Origin: Alphaproteobacteria bacterium
Lineage (GTDB): Bacteria; Pseudomonadota; Alphaproteobacteria; Bin95
Direction of reading: 5' to 3'
Assembly (NCBI GenBank): GCA_963665325.3
Contig: CAXXWS020000004.1
Span: 160,001 to 224,000 of the forward strand
DNA: 64,000 nt
Part shown: in pieces, positions 9,951-19,062 of the stretch
Layout of the letters: the number at the start of each line of letters is the position of its first letter
Numbering within the stretch: position 1 is the stretch's first letter
Position numbers and translations under genes: made by a program
The notes under the pieces: model-generated
The model's input: only the letters and a program-made list of their open reading frames with translations
What the model was told of the DNA's origin: nothing
Databases searched by the model: none

Positions 9951-10250
9951 TCATGCGGAAAACACGCACTGCGATCGGTGGCAATTCCCGGGCATATGCC
10001 ACCCCACAGTCTCTGTTTGGCCCTCGGCCGTGGCGGTCCGCTCAAAGTAGATCGCCGGCATGGCCAGCCTGTCTGCCCTTCCGAAAATTGTGGCCAGCTT
10101 GTTGGTCCGGGAGTCGGACGCGATCCGGTCGAGATCGCTTTGGGTGAGCGCCGGGGCGGCGCCGCTTCCGCCCCCGCCGCCTCCACACGCCGTCAGGGAG
10201 AGCGCGGCAGCCCCCGCAACCGCCGTTGACAGCAACACTCTACTTGTCAT
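9951..10250 (-). CDS. Short lipoprotein, probably a truncated gene
   Basis: MTSRVLLSTAVAGAAALSLTA-C lipobox followed by a poly-Gly linker; GAGAAGAGG RBS; ends after about 99 aa. Confidence 0.55.
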   Translation of the reverse strand: MTSRVLLSTAVAGAAALSLTACGGGGGGSGAAPALTQSDLDRIASDSRTNKLATIFGRADRLAMPAIYFERTATAEGQTETVGWHMPGNCHRSQCVFSA

Positions 10251-10688
10251 CCTCTTCTCCCGTTGTTGGGCAATTGGAATGAACAATTTATTCATAAAAA
10301 TACATAATGAAAATATTTATTTCAATATACGGGCGCTCATCTCACAGGTATGCATCCGGAGAGGGCCGCAGGGTGTGTAGCTGTGGATCCGGGTTGGCTA
10401 TGCCGTTTCGGAATATCGGCGCGCCTTCCAAACGGGAGGGAAATGAGAAATAATCTGTCGAAAACCGGTCGGGCAGCGGACTTGTCTGGAACTATGAACG
10501 CCAGCCGATCTTCGCCTGATGCCGCCCCCGTTCGGATCCTAAACGCAATCCCGCCTGCTCAAGATAATACGGGCCTCCCTCCCAATTAGGAGGTATAAAC
10601 ATGATGCATGGCCAATTACTATTGTTCGCATGAAGCAATCCGAAGAACGCGCCATGTCCTGCGGCTTGCGGCCCGGGACAAATCCTCG

Positions 10689-10905
10689 ATGAGCCGGCAG
10701 GAGTTGTTCGAACGCCTTCTCGGCTCGCTGCACGAAGCCGTGCTCGACGACACGCTGTGGCCGCAGACATCGCGCCTGATCGACGAGGCCTTCGCGTCCA
10801 GGGGCAATTTCCTGGTGACCGGAGACGGGAACGCGCCCGACGATATCGACATCTTCTTCGCGCGCTTCTGCTTCAACGGCCAGCGCCGCGAGGACCTAGA
10901 GCAAT
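10689..10905 (+). pseudogene. N-terminus of an orphan LuxR-type regulator interrupted by IS21
   Basis: MSRQELFERLLGSL...GDG...DDIDIFFARFCFNGQRREDLE aligns with the N-terminus of 30981-32145; similarity stops at TGTCAACG (10906). Confidence 0.75.
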
Positions 10906-11455
10906 TGTCAACGGCGGAGCAAGAATGTACCGGTGGGGCGGCGCAAGAATGTACCACGGGCTTGGCGGTAGCTTGTCCCCATAGTCCATGGGAGGGCCCT
11001 GTGGTCTATGGGGGCAAGCGGGTTATTCGGACGAAGTCCGTCGTCGCGATCGGCTCTGCTTGAGCCTGTAGCTTTCGCCGTTCATCTCCAGGATGTGGAC
11101 ATGGTGGGTGATGCGGTCGAGCAGCGCGCCGGTGAGGCGTTCGCTGGCGAAGACCGAGGTCCATTCCTGGAAGGGCAGGTTCGAGGTGACGATGGTGGCG
11201 CCGTTTTCGTAGCGGCGGCTGAAGACGTCGAACAGCTGCTCGCTTCCGCTCTGCGAGAGGGGCACGTAGCCGAGTTCGTCGACGATCAGCAGGCTGGCCC
11301 TGGCGAGCTGGTCCTGGAGGCGGAGCAGCCTCTTCTCGTCGCGCGCCTCGATCATCTCGTGGACGAGCTGGGAGGCGGTGGTGAAGCGCACGGCGAGGCC
11401 CTTCTGGCAGGCGGCGAGGCCGAGAGCCAGGGCGATGTGCGTCTTGCCGCTGCCG
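10906..11455 (-). mobile_element. IS21-family remnant (right end plus 3' part of istB)
   Basis: End TGTCAACGG with 19-bp repeats GGCGG(A/C)GCAAGAATGTACC at 10913 and 10937; IstB fragment inside. Confidence 0.85.
11023..11455 (-). pseudogene. istB: IstB ATPase, 5'-truncated
   Basis: SGSGKTHIALALG...LLIVDELGY...TSNLPFQEW...ALLDRITHH...GESYR; no N-terminus and no istA. Confidence 0.85.
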
Positions 11456-11591
11456 GACGATCCAGTCCCATACTGCCCATGATCCGGGTGGCGTAGCGAC
11501 GATCCACTACCCGTTTCTGAAGACGACGCAGGGATGCGCGGCCAGCAGGAACCAGGTGCTGGGCTGGTGGATGCGCATCACCGTCATCTGG

Positions 11592-12811
11592 TGTAAAAGC
11601 CAAGACTTGATTTGACATTGCTGCCTTATCGGCTTGGTGGGTGTCAGAGATGTGGCAGCTGTCGGCGGTCAAGCAGCAGGTAGCAGTTTCTCCCGTGCAA
11701 GATGTGCGGTGTCAAGGAAGGTCGCCATCGGGGTCTTTCCGTAACACCATCGTCCCTGATGGGCCCGCGTCTCGTTGTATTCGCGGATCCAGCCATCGAG
11801 ATCGTGCTGCAGCTCCTCGACCGAGGCGTAGACCTTCTTTCGGAACGCCACGCGGTAGAACTCGTTGAGCACCGTCTTGTGGAAGCGCTCGACAATGCCG
11901 TTGGTCTGCGGGCTCCTGGTCTTTGTGCGGCTGTGATCGATGTTCTCGACCGCGAGGTAGAGTTCGTATTCGTGCCGCTCCGGGTTGCCGCAATATTCGG
12001 TGCCGCGGTCGGTCAGGATGCGCAGCAGCATCACCTCCTGCTCGTCGAAGAAGGGGATCACCCGGTCGTTGAGCAGCTCAGCCGCGCAGATCGGCGTCTT
12101 GCGGTCGTAGAGCTTGGCGAAGGCGACCTTCGAGTAGCTATCGATGAAGGTCTGCTGGTAGATGCGCCCCACGCCCTTCATGATGCCGACATAGAAGGTG
12201 TCCTGGGCGCCGCAGTAGCCCGGATGCTCGCTCTCGAAGGCGCCGTGCGCTTCCTTGTCGGCCTTGGCCTTCTCGAGCGCCGCGATCTGGTCTTCGGTTA
12301 ACACGAGGCCGTCCTGTGCGGCCTTGGCCTCCAGCGCCTTCAGACGCTTGTTCATGTTCTCCAGGTCGTGGCGATGCCACACGCAGCGCACCCCGGCTGG
12401 CGAGACCGACAGGCCGCGCGAGCGCAGCGCGTTCGACACCCGCACCTGGCCCCAGGCCGGCTGGTCGATCGCCAGCGCCACCACCGCCTCCTCGATCTCC
12501 GGCGCCACCCGATTCCTCAGGATCGGCTTCGAGCGGCTGATCTCCGTCAGGGCCGCTTCCCCACCTTTGTCGTAGAGCTCCTTGAAGCGGTAGAAGCTGT
12601 CCCGGCTGTAGCCCATCATCTTGCAGGCCTGGCTGACATTGCCGAGCTGCTTGGCCAGCTCCAGCAGGCCCACCTTCGCTCGAAGGATCTTCTGGTCCTT
12701 GGTCATCCTCAGGTTCCTTTTCGGGCGACCACGGACCAGGGCATGCCCCGCCCCGTGGTCAGGAACCCGCCAGTTATTACCAATCTGTCAGATTAAGTCA
12801 AAGCTAATACA
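11592..12811 (-). mobile_element. IS481-family insertion sequence
   Basis: Imperfect 26-bp inverted repeats: TGTAAAAGCCAAGACTTGATTTGACA (11592) and TGTATTAGCTTTGACTTAATCTGACA (reverse complement, ending 12811). Confidence 0.9.
11669..12706 (-). CDS. IS481-family transposase
   Basis: [22 protein letters not shown]; DDE motifs [24 protein letters not shown]. Confidence 0.93.
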   Translation of the reverse strand: MTKDQKILRAKVGLLELAKQLGNVSQACKMMGYSRDSFYRFKELYDKGGEAALTEISRSKPILRNRVAPEIEEAVVALAIDQPAWGQVRVSNALRSRGLSVSPAGVRCVWHRHDLENMNKRLKALEAKAAQDGLVLTEDQIAALEKAKADKEAHGAFESEHPGYCGAQDTFYVGIMKGVGRIYQQTFIDSYSKVAFAKLYDRKTPICAAELLNDRVIPFFDEQEVMLLRILTDRGTEYCGNPERHEYELYLAVENIDHSRTKTRSPQTNGIVERFHKTVLNEFYRVAFRKKVYASVEELQHDLDGWIREYNETRAHQGRWCYGKTPMATFLDTAHLAREKLLPAA

Positions 12812-13191
12812 AGTCATGGGCCTTCTCATCTATGCCCTGTGTCTGCAGGGGCGGGTTCATCCGGCAGCCGGTGCCGCCGCACGAAATATGAACCGCATCC
12901 TGGGAACATACATCTCGCGGAGGACATCCCCGGCCAACGCAATCGGGATCAGGAATCGATCAAGCGATGGATCGCGCTCCGTGGGCGTCGTGCGTCCTTG
13001 CAGCAGAGGCTTCCATTTCAGTTTCGCTGTCGTGTCCTCATCGTATGCATTCACGGAATCTCCGCGCTCCGATCTATCTGTGAAAAGCCGGCCGCCGCCT
13101 ATGTCAACCGTCCCGCGGCAGATATACTCCCCGTCGCAAACAGGCCGGCGCAGTGGTTGCCTGTGGCCGAATCGCAAAGGGAGGAACAGCC

Positions 13192-14376
13192 ATGAAGCAG
13201 ATGCAATGGACGCGCCGCGCGTTCATGTATGCGACGTCGAGCATCGGCGCGGCTGCAATGTTGGGGCGGATTCCGGGCGCCTTGGCCGCAGATGGCCAAG
13301 CGCTCAAGATCTGGGCCAATCCGGGCGTGCACAAGGTCGGCGCCAAGGACTGGAGCGCCATGGAGGCCCAGGGCGGCATTTCTATTGCCGCGACCGCGAA
13401 GAGCGCGCGGGCCGACGAGGCGATCCAGAAGATGGTCGTGGGCGACGGCAACAAGCTCTTCGATGCGGTCACCGACAATGGAGGCGGCATGGAAGACGCG
13501 CTGGCCTCGCAGGGCGCCATCGTGCCGCTCGACACGAGCCGGATTCCCAACTGGAAGAATATCCTGCCCGTCTATAACGAAGACGGCCTCGCCGCTCACA
13601 CGATCCGCTATGAGGGCCAAGTCTATTCGACGCCGATGATCTCGAATGCCGATTCCATGGCGTACGATTTCAAGGAACTCAGTTTCCATCCGGATAGCTG
13701 GGGCATCATGTTTGACGCCCAGTTCAAGGGCCGCGTCGCGCTGCAGAACGATTTCGGGCCGACGCTCACCAATATGGCCATCTATCTGAAGGAAAGCGGC
13801 AAGATCGAGATCGAGAACCCCTCCGACATGAAGCCCAAGGAGGTGCAGGCGGTCTGCGAGTTCCTGATCGACTGGAAGAAGAAGGGCCAGTTCCGCACTT
13901 TCTGGGACGGGTTCCAGAACGGCGTCGGCATTCTGGCCAGCGGCGAAGTGCTGATGTCGTCCTGCTGGGAACCGATCCAGATCATCGCGAACCGCAAGAC
14001 CGGCGACAAGGCCGACGTCCGCTATGGCACCATGAAAGAGGGCCACCAGACCTGGAACAACATGATCATGTTGACCAAGGGCGGGCGCGAGCGCGGCGCG
14101 GACGAGCTCTACTACAAGCTCGCCAATGTGTATCTCTCGCCCTGGTTCGGCGCGCGGACCCTGTCGGGACTGGGATTTGCGCCACAGATGTTAGGTGTGG
14201 ACGAGTACATTAAGGCGCACCCGGAAGACTTCGCGCCCGATGTGCAGGAGTCCGTGCTCGACATCCTCACGCGCAAGAACGCCCGCTTCGCCGTCACGGG
14301 CAATGCGTGGCAGAACGTCTTCCCGACCCATATTCGCGCCTATCAGGACTGGTGGGCGCGCCTCCAGGCGGCCTGA
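13192..14376 (+). CDS. ABC substrate-binding protein, PotD/PotF-like, Tat-exported
   Basis: TRRAFM twin-arginine signal; GGAGGA RBS; IVPLDTSRIPNW and PDSWGIMFD motifs. Confidence 0.8.
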   Translation: MKQMQWTRRAFMYATSSIGAAAMLGRIPGALAADGQALKIWANPGVHKVGAKDWSAMEAQGGISIAATAKSARADEAIQKMVVGDGNKLFDAVTDNGGGMEDALASQGAIVPLDTSRIPNWKNILPVYNEDGLAAHTIRYEGQVYSTPMISNADSMAYDFKELSFHPDSWGIMFDAQFKGRVALQNDFGPTLTNMAIYLKESGKIEIENPSDMKPKEVQAVCEFLIDWKKKGQFRTFWDGFQNGVGILASGEVLMSSCWEPIQIIANRKTGDKADVRYGTMKEGHQTWNNMIMLTKGGRERGADELYYKLANVYLSPWFGARTLSGLGFAPQMLGVDEYIKAHPEDFAPDVQESVLDILTRKNARFAVTGNAWQNVFPTHIRAYQDWWARLQAA

Positions 14377-14382
14377 CCGGCC

Positions 14383-15321
14383 GTGACAGGTGCGGCGGAC
14401 AGCAGCCCGCCGCCGGCGCAGAGGGGCCGGGAGCTTCCGGCCCCTCCCGCCCGATGGCGGCAATATCTCGGCGAGGACGGCATCCGGAGATGGGTGTTCT
14501 ATATTCCCGTCGTTTTCTTCGTCCTGTTCTTCGCAGCGCCGATGGCGCTCACAGTGGTGTGGAGCGTTTTCGAACGCACGCAGTTCTGGATGGAGCCGGG
14601 TTTCACCCTGTTCGCCTACGATAATTTCTTCACATCCGCGCGGGCTGAAAACTACCTGTACTCCATGCTGCATGCGGCAGCCTCAGTCCTGATTTCATTC
14701 GTAATCGGCTTCCCGATCGCCGTGTTCATACGCCGGCGGGTGACCAGGGCGGCGCAGCACCGGGTCATTCTGCTGTTCATCCTGCCGTTCATGATTTCGG
14801 AGCTGGTGCGGGTTTTCGCCATGCGCCCGGTATTGGGCCGCAATGGCGTCGTCAATTCCGTCCTCATGGACCTGGGTATCCTGTCGGAGCCGATCACCGC
14901 CATCCTGTATTCGCCGCTCGGCGTCATCATCGGCGACGTCATGTCGTTCTTGCCGTTCATGATCTTTGCGGGCTTCCTCGCGCTGGAAGCGGTGCAGAAC
15001 TATGTCTTCGAGGTTTGCGACGATCTGGGCACCGGGCGGGTGCGCCTCTTTACCGATATCGTCCTGCCTCTGGCCGCGCCTGGCATATTCGCCGGCAGCG
15101 TGTTCATCTTCGTTAACTCGATGGGCGTGGCCCTGGTGCCGACGCTGCTCGGCGGGCCGGGCGCCGTCAATGCAGGGCTGATCGCCAATCAGGCCATAGT
15201 CGCCCTCGATTTTCCGCTGGCCATGGCGATCAGCACTATCATGATCTTTACCCTCGTCTTGCTGCTTTATATCGGCCACCGGCTGTTCGACCTGACCAAG
15301 ATCCTCGAACCGATCAGCTGA
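14383..15321 (+). CDS. ABC permease (PotB-like)
   Basis: Multiple TM segments; LPFMI; EVCDDLG EAA-like loop; LLGG. Confidence 0.85.
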   Translation: MTGAADSSPPPAQRGRELPAPPARWRQYLGEDGIRRWVFYIPVVFFVLFFAAPMALTVVWSVFERTQFWMEPGFTLFAYDNFFTSARAENYLYSMLHAAASVLISFVIGFPIAVFIRRRVTRAAQHRVILLFILPFMISELVRVFAMRPVLGRNGVVNSVLMDLGILSEPITAILYSPLGVIIGDVMSFLPFMIFAGFLALEAVQNYVFEVCDDLGTGRVRLFTDIVLPLAAPGIFAGSVFIFVNSMGVALVPTLLGGPGAVNAGLIANQAIVALDFPLAMAISTIMIFTLVLLLYIGHRLFDLTKILEPIS

Positions 15322-15328
15322 GCCGGCC

Positions 15329-16219
15329 ATGTACGACGATTTCGCCAGTCCCTGGAACATCCGGCTCAAATGGGCGTATCTGCTGGCGGTCGTGTTCGCA
15401 CTGCTGATGCCGGTCTTCTACACGATCGGTATCTCCTTCAATCAGCACGGTTTCGGCGCCCGGATTTACGAATTCACCTTCGATTGGTACCGGGTGGTTC
15501 TCGGCGACACACTGCTGGTCGTGTCGCTCAAATGGACGCTGTATCTGGCTTTGGCGACGATAGCGGCGACCATTCCGATGGCGCTTCTGTCGGCCAAATT
15601 TTACAAGCGGACCCGGCGCAAGGTCGGCTTCGTCGCGCTTATGCTCTCGCCGCTGTTTGTGCCGGCGGACATCATGGGTTCGAGCCTGCTGGTGTTTTTC
15701 AAGAACCTTGCCAGGGGGTTTGCCTGGCTCGGCGGCACTCTGGGCGTCGGCTGGTTCGACGGCTGGTTCGACCTGGGTTTCCTCACCGCGGTCATCGGTC
15801 AGATCATTTACACCCATCCCTATGCGTTCATCGTTATCCTGATAACGATGTCACGTTACCGCGTGCAGCAGACCGAGGCCGCCAGGGCTTGCGGCGCCAC
15901 TGCCTGGCAGGCCTTCTGGCATGTCGAGTTTCCGCAAATTCGCGTCGGTGTGTTCAGCTCCTGCGCGTTCGTTACCATCCTGTCGTTCAACGAAGCCGTG
16001 CGCACGGCGCTACTGAAGGGCGGGTTCGACACATTCTCCAACATGCTGGTCGCGCAGATGCTCAATATCGGCATGTCCGGCGAATCCTACGCCATGGCCG
16101 GTATAATGAGCATCGTGTCGATGCTGGTGATCGGGACGGTGATCGTCTACACCCTGGTGCGCGCCGAGCGGCTGGAACGCAGGGCGCGCGCCATGGCCGA
16201 GCCGGTGATGTCCAGTTGA
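15329..16219 (+). CDS. ABC permease (PotC-like)
   Basis: ISFN; FTFDWY; EAARACGA loop. Confidence 0.85.
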   Translation: MYDDFASPWNIRLKWAYLLAVVFALLMPVFYTIGISFNQHGFGARIYEFTFDWYRVVLGDTLLVVSLKWTLYLALATIAATIPMALLSAKFYKRTRRKVGFVALMLSPLFVPADIMGSSLLVFFKNLARGFAWLGGTLGVGWFDGWFDLGFLTAVIGQIIYTHPYAFIVILITMSRYRVQQTEAARACGATAWQAFWHVEFPQIRVGVFSSCAFVTILSFNEAVRTALLKGGFDTFSNMLVAQMLNIGMSGESYAMAGIMSIVSMLVIGTVIVYTLVRAERLERRARAMAEPVMSS

Positions 16220-16250
16220 CCGGCAAGCTAAACCAGCGACTCAGGAAGTC

Positions 16251-17351
16251 ATGACCGAATCCGCCGCTATAGCCGTGGAAGTTGTCGAGATCGGCAAGAA
16301 TTACGGCGCTGTCACGGCGCTGAAATCTGTCAGTTTTTCCATCGAGAGCGGCAAGTACTACGCGCTGCTGGGACCGAGCGGCGGCGGAAAGACGACGTTG
16401 CTGCGCCTGATCGGAGGCTTCCTGCGGCCGAGCGCCGGGCATGTCTATCTGCACGGTCGCGATGTGAGCCACCTGCCGCCCAACCGGCGGCCGACCTCGA
16501 TGGTATTCCAGAACTACGCGCTGTTCCCGCATATGACTGTGGAGCGCAATGTCGCCTACGGGCTGAAGCTGATCAAGGTTCCGGCGGGCGACATTCGCGA
16601 CAGGGTGGACCGGATGCTCTCCATGGTCGGGCTGGAGGGCTACAACAGGCGCATGCCGCACGAGCTTTCCGGCGGCCAGCAGCAGCGCGTCCAGCTTGCC
16701 CGTTCCCTGGTGCTGGAGCGCGACATCCTGTTGCTCGACGAGCCCCTTGCATCGCTCGACGCCAAGCTGCGCAAGGAGATGTGCTTGGAGTTGAAACGCA
16801 TCCAGGAAAAGGTCGGCATCACCTTCATCCATGTCACCCATAATCAGGAGGAAGCGCTGACCGTGGCCGACCGGATCGCCATCATCGCGGATGGAGAACT
16901 GGTCGAGGAGGGAACGGCGCGGGACGTTTACGAGACTCCGAACAAGCGCTTCACCGCCGAGTTCATTGGCGACAACAACGTGCTGGAAGGCACCGTTTCG
17001 CACACTTCGGACACCCGGGTCGCGCTTGACCTCGATTTCGCGAAGGTCGAAATCCCCGCGCCGGGCGCCGCCCTGTCCGCAGGCGAACGCGCGGCCTTCT
17101 CGATCCGCTCCGAACTGCTGCGCATTGCCGGTCGCGGCGAGGATATGGGCGCTTCCTGGCAGGTCATCCCTGCAAGCTATGTGGAAGACGTCTATCTGGG
17201 CCTCACCGTTTCGCATCTCGTCCGGCTGCCCGACGGGACGGAGGCTGTCGCGCGGGTTATATCGGGCGACGGCGACGAGAACCGCTTCGAACCGGGACAG
17301 GAGGTGGCCGTCGGATGGCCCACCGACCGTGCCCGCCTGCACATCGCCTGA
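16251..17351 (+). CDS. ABC ATPase (PotA-like) with TOBE domain
   Basis: GPSGGGKT, MVFQNYALFPHMTV, LSGGQQQR, LLLDEP. Confidence 0.92.
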   Translation: MTESAAIAVEVVEIGKNYGAVTALKSVSFSIESGKYYALLGPSGGGKTTLLRLIGGFLRPSAGHVYLHGRDVSHLPPNRRPTSMVFQNYALFPHMTVERNVAYGLKLIKVPAGDIRDRVDRMLSMVGLEGYNRRMPHELSGGQQQRVQLARSLVLERDILLLDEPLASLDAKLRKEMCLELKRIQEKVGITFIHVTHNQEEALTVADRIAIIADGELVEEGTARDVYETPNKRFTAEFIGDNNVLEGTVSHTSDTRVALDLDFAKVEIPAPGAALSAGERAAFSIRSELLRIAGRGEDMGASWQVIPASYVEDVYLGLTVSHLVRLPDGTEAVARVISGDGDENRFEPGQEVAVGWPTDRARLHIA

Positions 17352-17373
17352 TGATCGCCCTGATGCGGCGGGA

Positions 17374-19062
17374 CTACCCTTCGGAGCCTCCTGAGAGGCC
17401 GTAGTCCGCCCTTGCGGCCCTCTCGGTGATGTAGCCGTCCTTCAGGTCTTCCGCGACACGCGCCGGGTCGCGCTCGCCGGGGTCGCCATAACCCCCGCCG
17501 CCGGCAGACTGGAGATGCACCAGCGTACCGGGAGCAAGGTCGATATAGGGTGTCTTGCTTGGCAACACCCGTTCCCGGTCGAAGCCGGGGTCCAGCACAT
17601 ACCGCGCAGTCGCGCCCGGCATTCCGCCGGACAGGCCGGTCGGCTGCGTCTCGTGCCGGTCGGCGCAGAGGCATATCCGGGCGCCGCCGGTTTCCACGCG
17701 GAAGGCGCGGACAAAGCCGTTGCCACCGCGGAAGCGGCCGGCGCCGCCCGTATCGGGAACAATTTCGTAGGCCTCGAAAAACAGCGGATTTTCCATCTCG
17801 TCCGCTTCTATCGGGACGTGGCCCGCATTGCCCGGCCCGTAGCGGATGGCGTTCATCCCGTCGCGGGAAGCGCGCGCGCCGTACGCGCCGGAGGAAAGTT
17901 CGAGTGTGGTGAAATAGCCCCCGCCGTCTTCCTGCCGTCGGCGGCCCGCTATGACAGCAGTGCCGGTCGACCCCGATCCGCTGGCGATAGCCCGCTCTCC
18001 GACGGCGCCGGCGAGCGCCGCCATGGTCGCGTCCAGCACGCGGTAGCAGACCTCGCCGAATCCCACCATCGAAGCCGGTTTCCGGGCATCGACCAGAGAT
18101 CCGGGCCGGGTCCTGACAGCAATCGGTCTGTAGCTACCGGCATTGGGCGGGTTCTCGGGGTCCGTGATCGACTTTATGGCGTATTGCACGGCCGATGCGG
18201 CAGCCGAATGGGAGCAGTTCATGCCGCCAGCGGACTGCTCGCTGCTGCCGCTCAAATCGGCGACGATGTCGCTGCCGCAAATGTCGATCCGAACATCGAC
18301 CCATGTTTTCCCGTTCGACTGTCCGTCCCCGTCGAGGCAGTCCCGGGCGCGGTAGGTCCCGTCGGGGAACTCCGCGATGCGTGCGCGCGTCATCCGTTCC
18401 GACCGGGCAACGATCTCGTCCATCGCCGCCTTCAGCGTGCCGAGGCCGTATCGCACAGCCAGCGCGTCCAGGCGACGCCCTGCGGTTTCGCACGAAGCGT
18501 ATTGCGCGCGCAGGTCGCCCAGGCCGACCGACCGGTTACGGATATTCGACATGATCATCTCGAAGACGCCCGGATTGGGGCGTCCGGCTTCGAACAGCTT
18601 CACCGGCGGAATAAAAATGCCTTCCTGGTGGATGTCGGAGGTTGCCGGGGAATAGCTCCCGGGTCCCATGCCGCCAATATCCGCCCAATGGCCGCGATTG
18701 CAGGCAAAGGCGTAAAGCTCGTCCTCGAGGAATACCGGCCGCGCGATAAGCACATCGGGCAGATGCGTGCCGCCGATGAACGGGTCGTTCGTGGCAAGGA
18801 CATCCCCCGGCCGCAGGCTGCTCCGCCCGATTGCCTCGACCGCGCCCTGCAGCTGCAAGGGCATGGTGGTGACATGGATGGGAAAACCGTTGGGGTCCTG
18901 GGCGACGATCTCTCCATCTTCGTTCATCAGGCAGCAGGAGAGGTCTCCCTGTTCCTTCCATAGCTGGGTATAGGCCGTGCGCATGGTCATGATCTTCATG
19001 TCCCGCGCGATGGCGATGAGCGAGCCGTGTAGAACGGCGAGGGAGAAGGCATCGACCGTCAC
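17374..19062 (-). CDS. Hydantoinase B/oxoprolinase family protein
   Basis: NDPFIGGTHLPD, HWADIGG, QEG, GGAGRFRGG, GGGGYGDP. Confidence 0.92.
   Translation of the reverse strand: MTVDAFSLAVLHGSLIAIARDMKIMTMRTAYTQLWKEQGDLSCCLMNEDGEIVAQDPNGFPIHVTTMPLQLQGAVEAIGRSSLRPGDVLATNDPFIGGTHLPDVLIARPVFLEDELYAFACNRGHWADIGGMGPGSYSPATSDIHQEGIFIPPVKLFEAGRPNPGVFEMIMSNIRNRSVGLGDLRAQYASCETAGRRLDALAVRYGLGTLKAAMDEIVARSERMTRARIAEFPDGTYRARDCLDGDGQSNGKTWVDVRIDICGSDIVADLSGSSEQSAGGMNCSHSAAASAVQYAIKSITDPENPPNAGSYRPIAVRTRPGSLVDARKPASMVGFGEVCYRVLDATMAALAGAVGERAIASGSGSTGTAVIAGRRRQEDGGGYFTTLELSSGAYGARASRDGMNAIRYGPGNAGHVPIEADEMENPLFFEAYEIVPDTGGAGRFRGGNGFVRAFRVETGGARICLCADRHETQPTGLSGGMPGATARYVLDPGFDRERVLPSKTPYIDLAPGTLVHLQSAGGGGYGDPGERDPARVAEDLKDGYITERAARADYGLSGGSEG

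Noticed and set aside
9930-9953. Selenocysteine read-through of the lipoprotein TGA
   Set aside because: Another stop follows within about 7 codons and there is no Cys-homologous context
12857-13177. ORFs between IS481 and the ABC operon, and in 57082-57332
   Set aside because: No recognisable motif, RBS or coupling; cannot be supported
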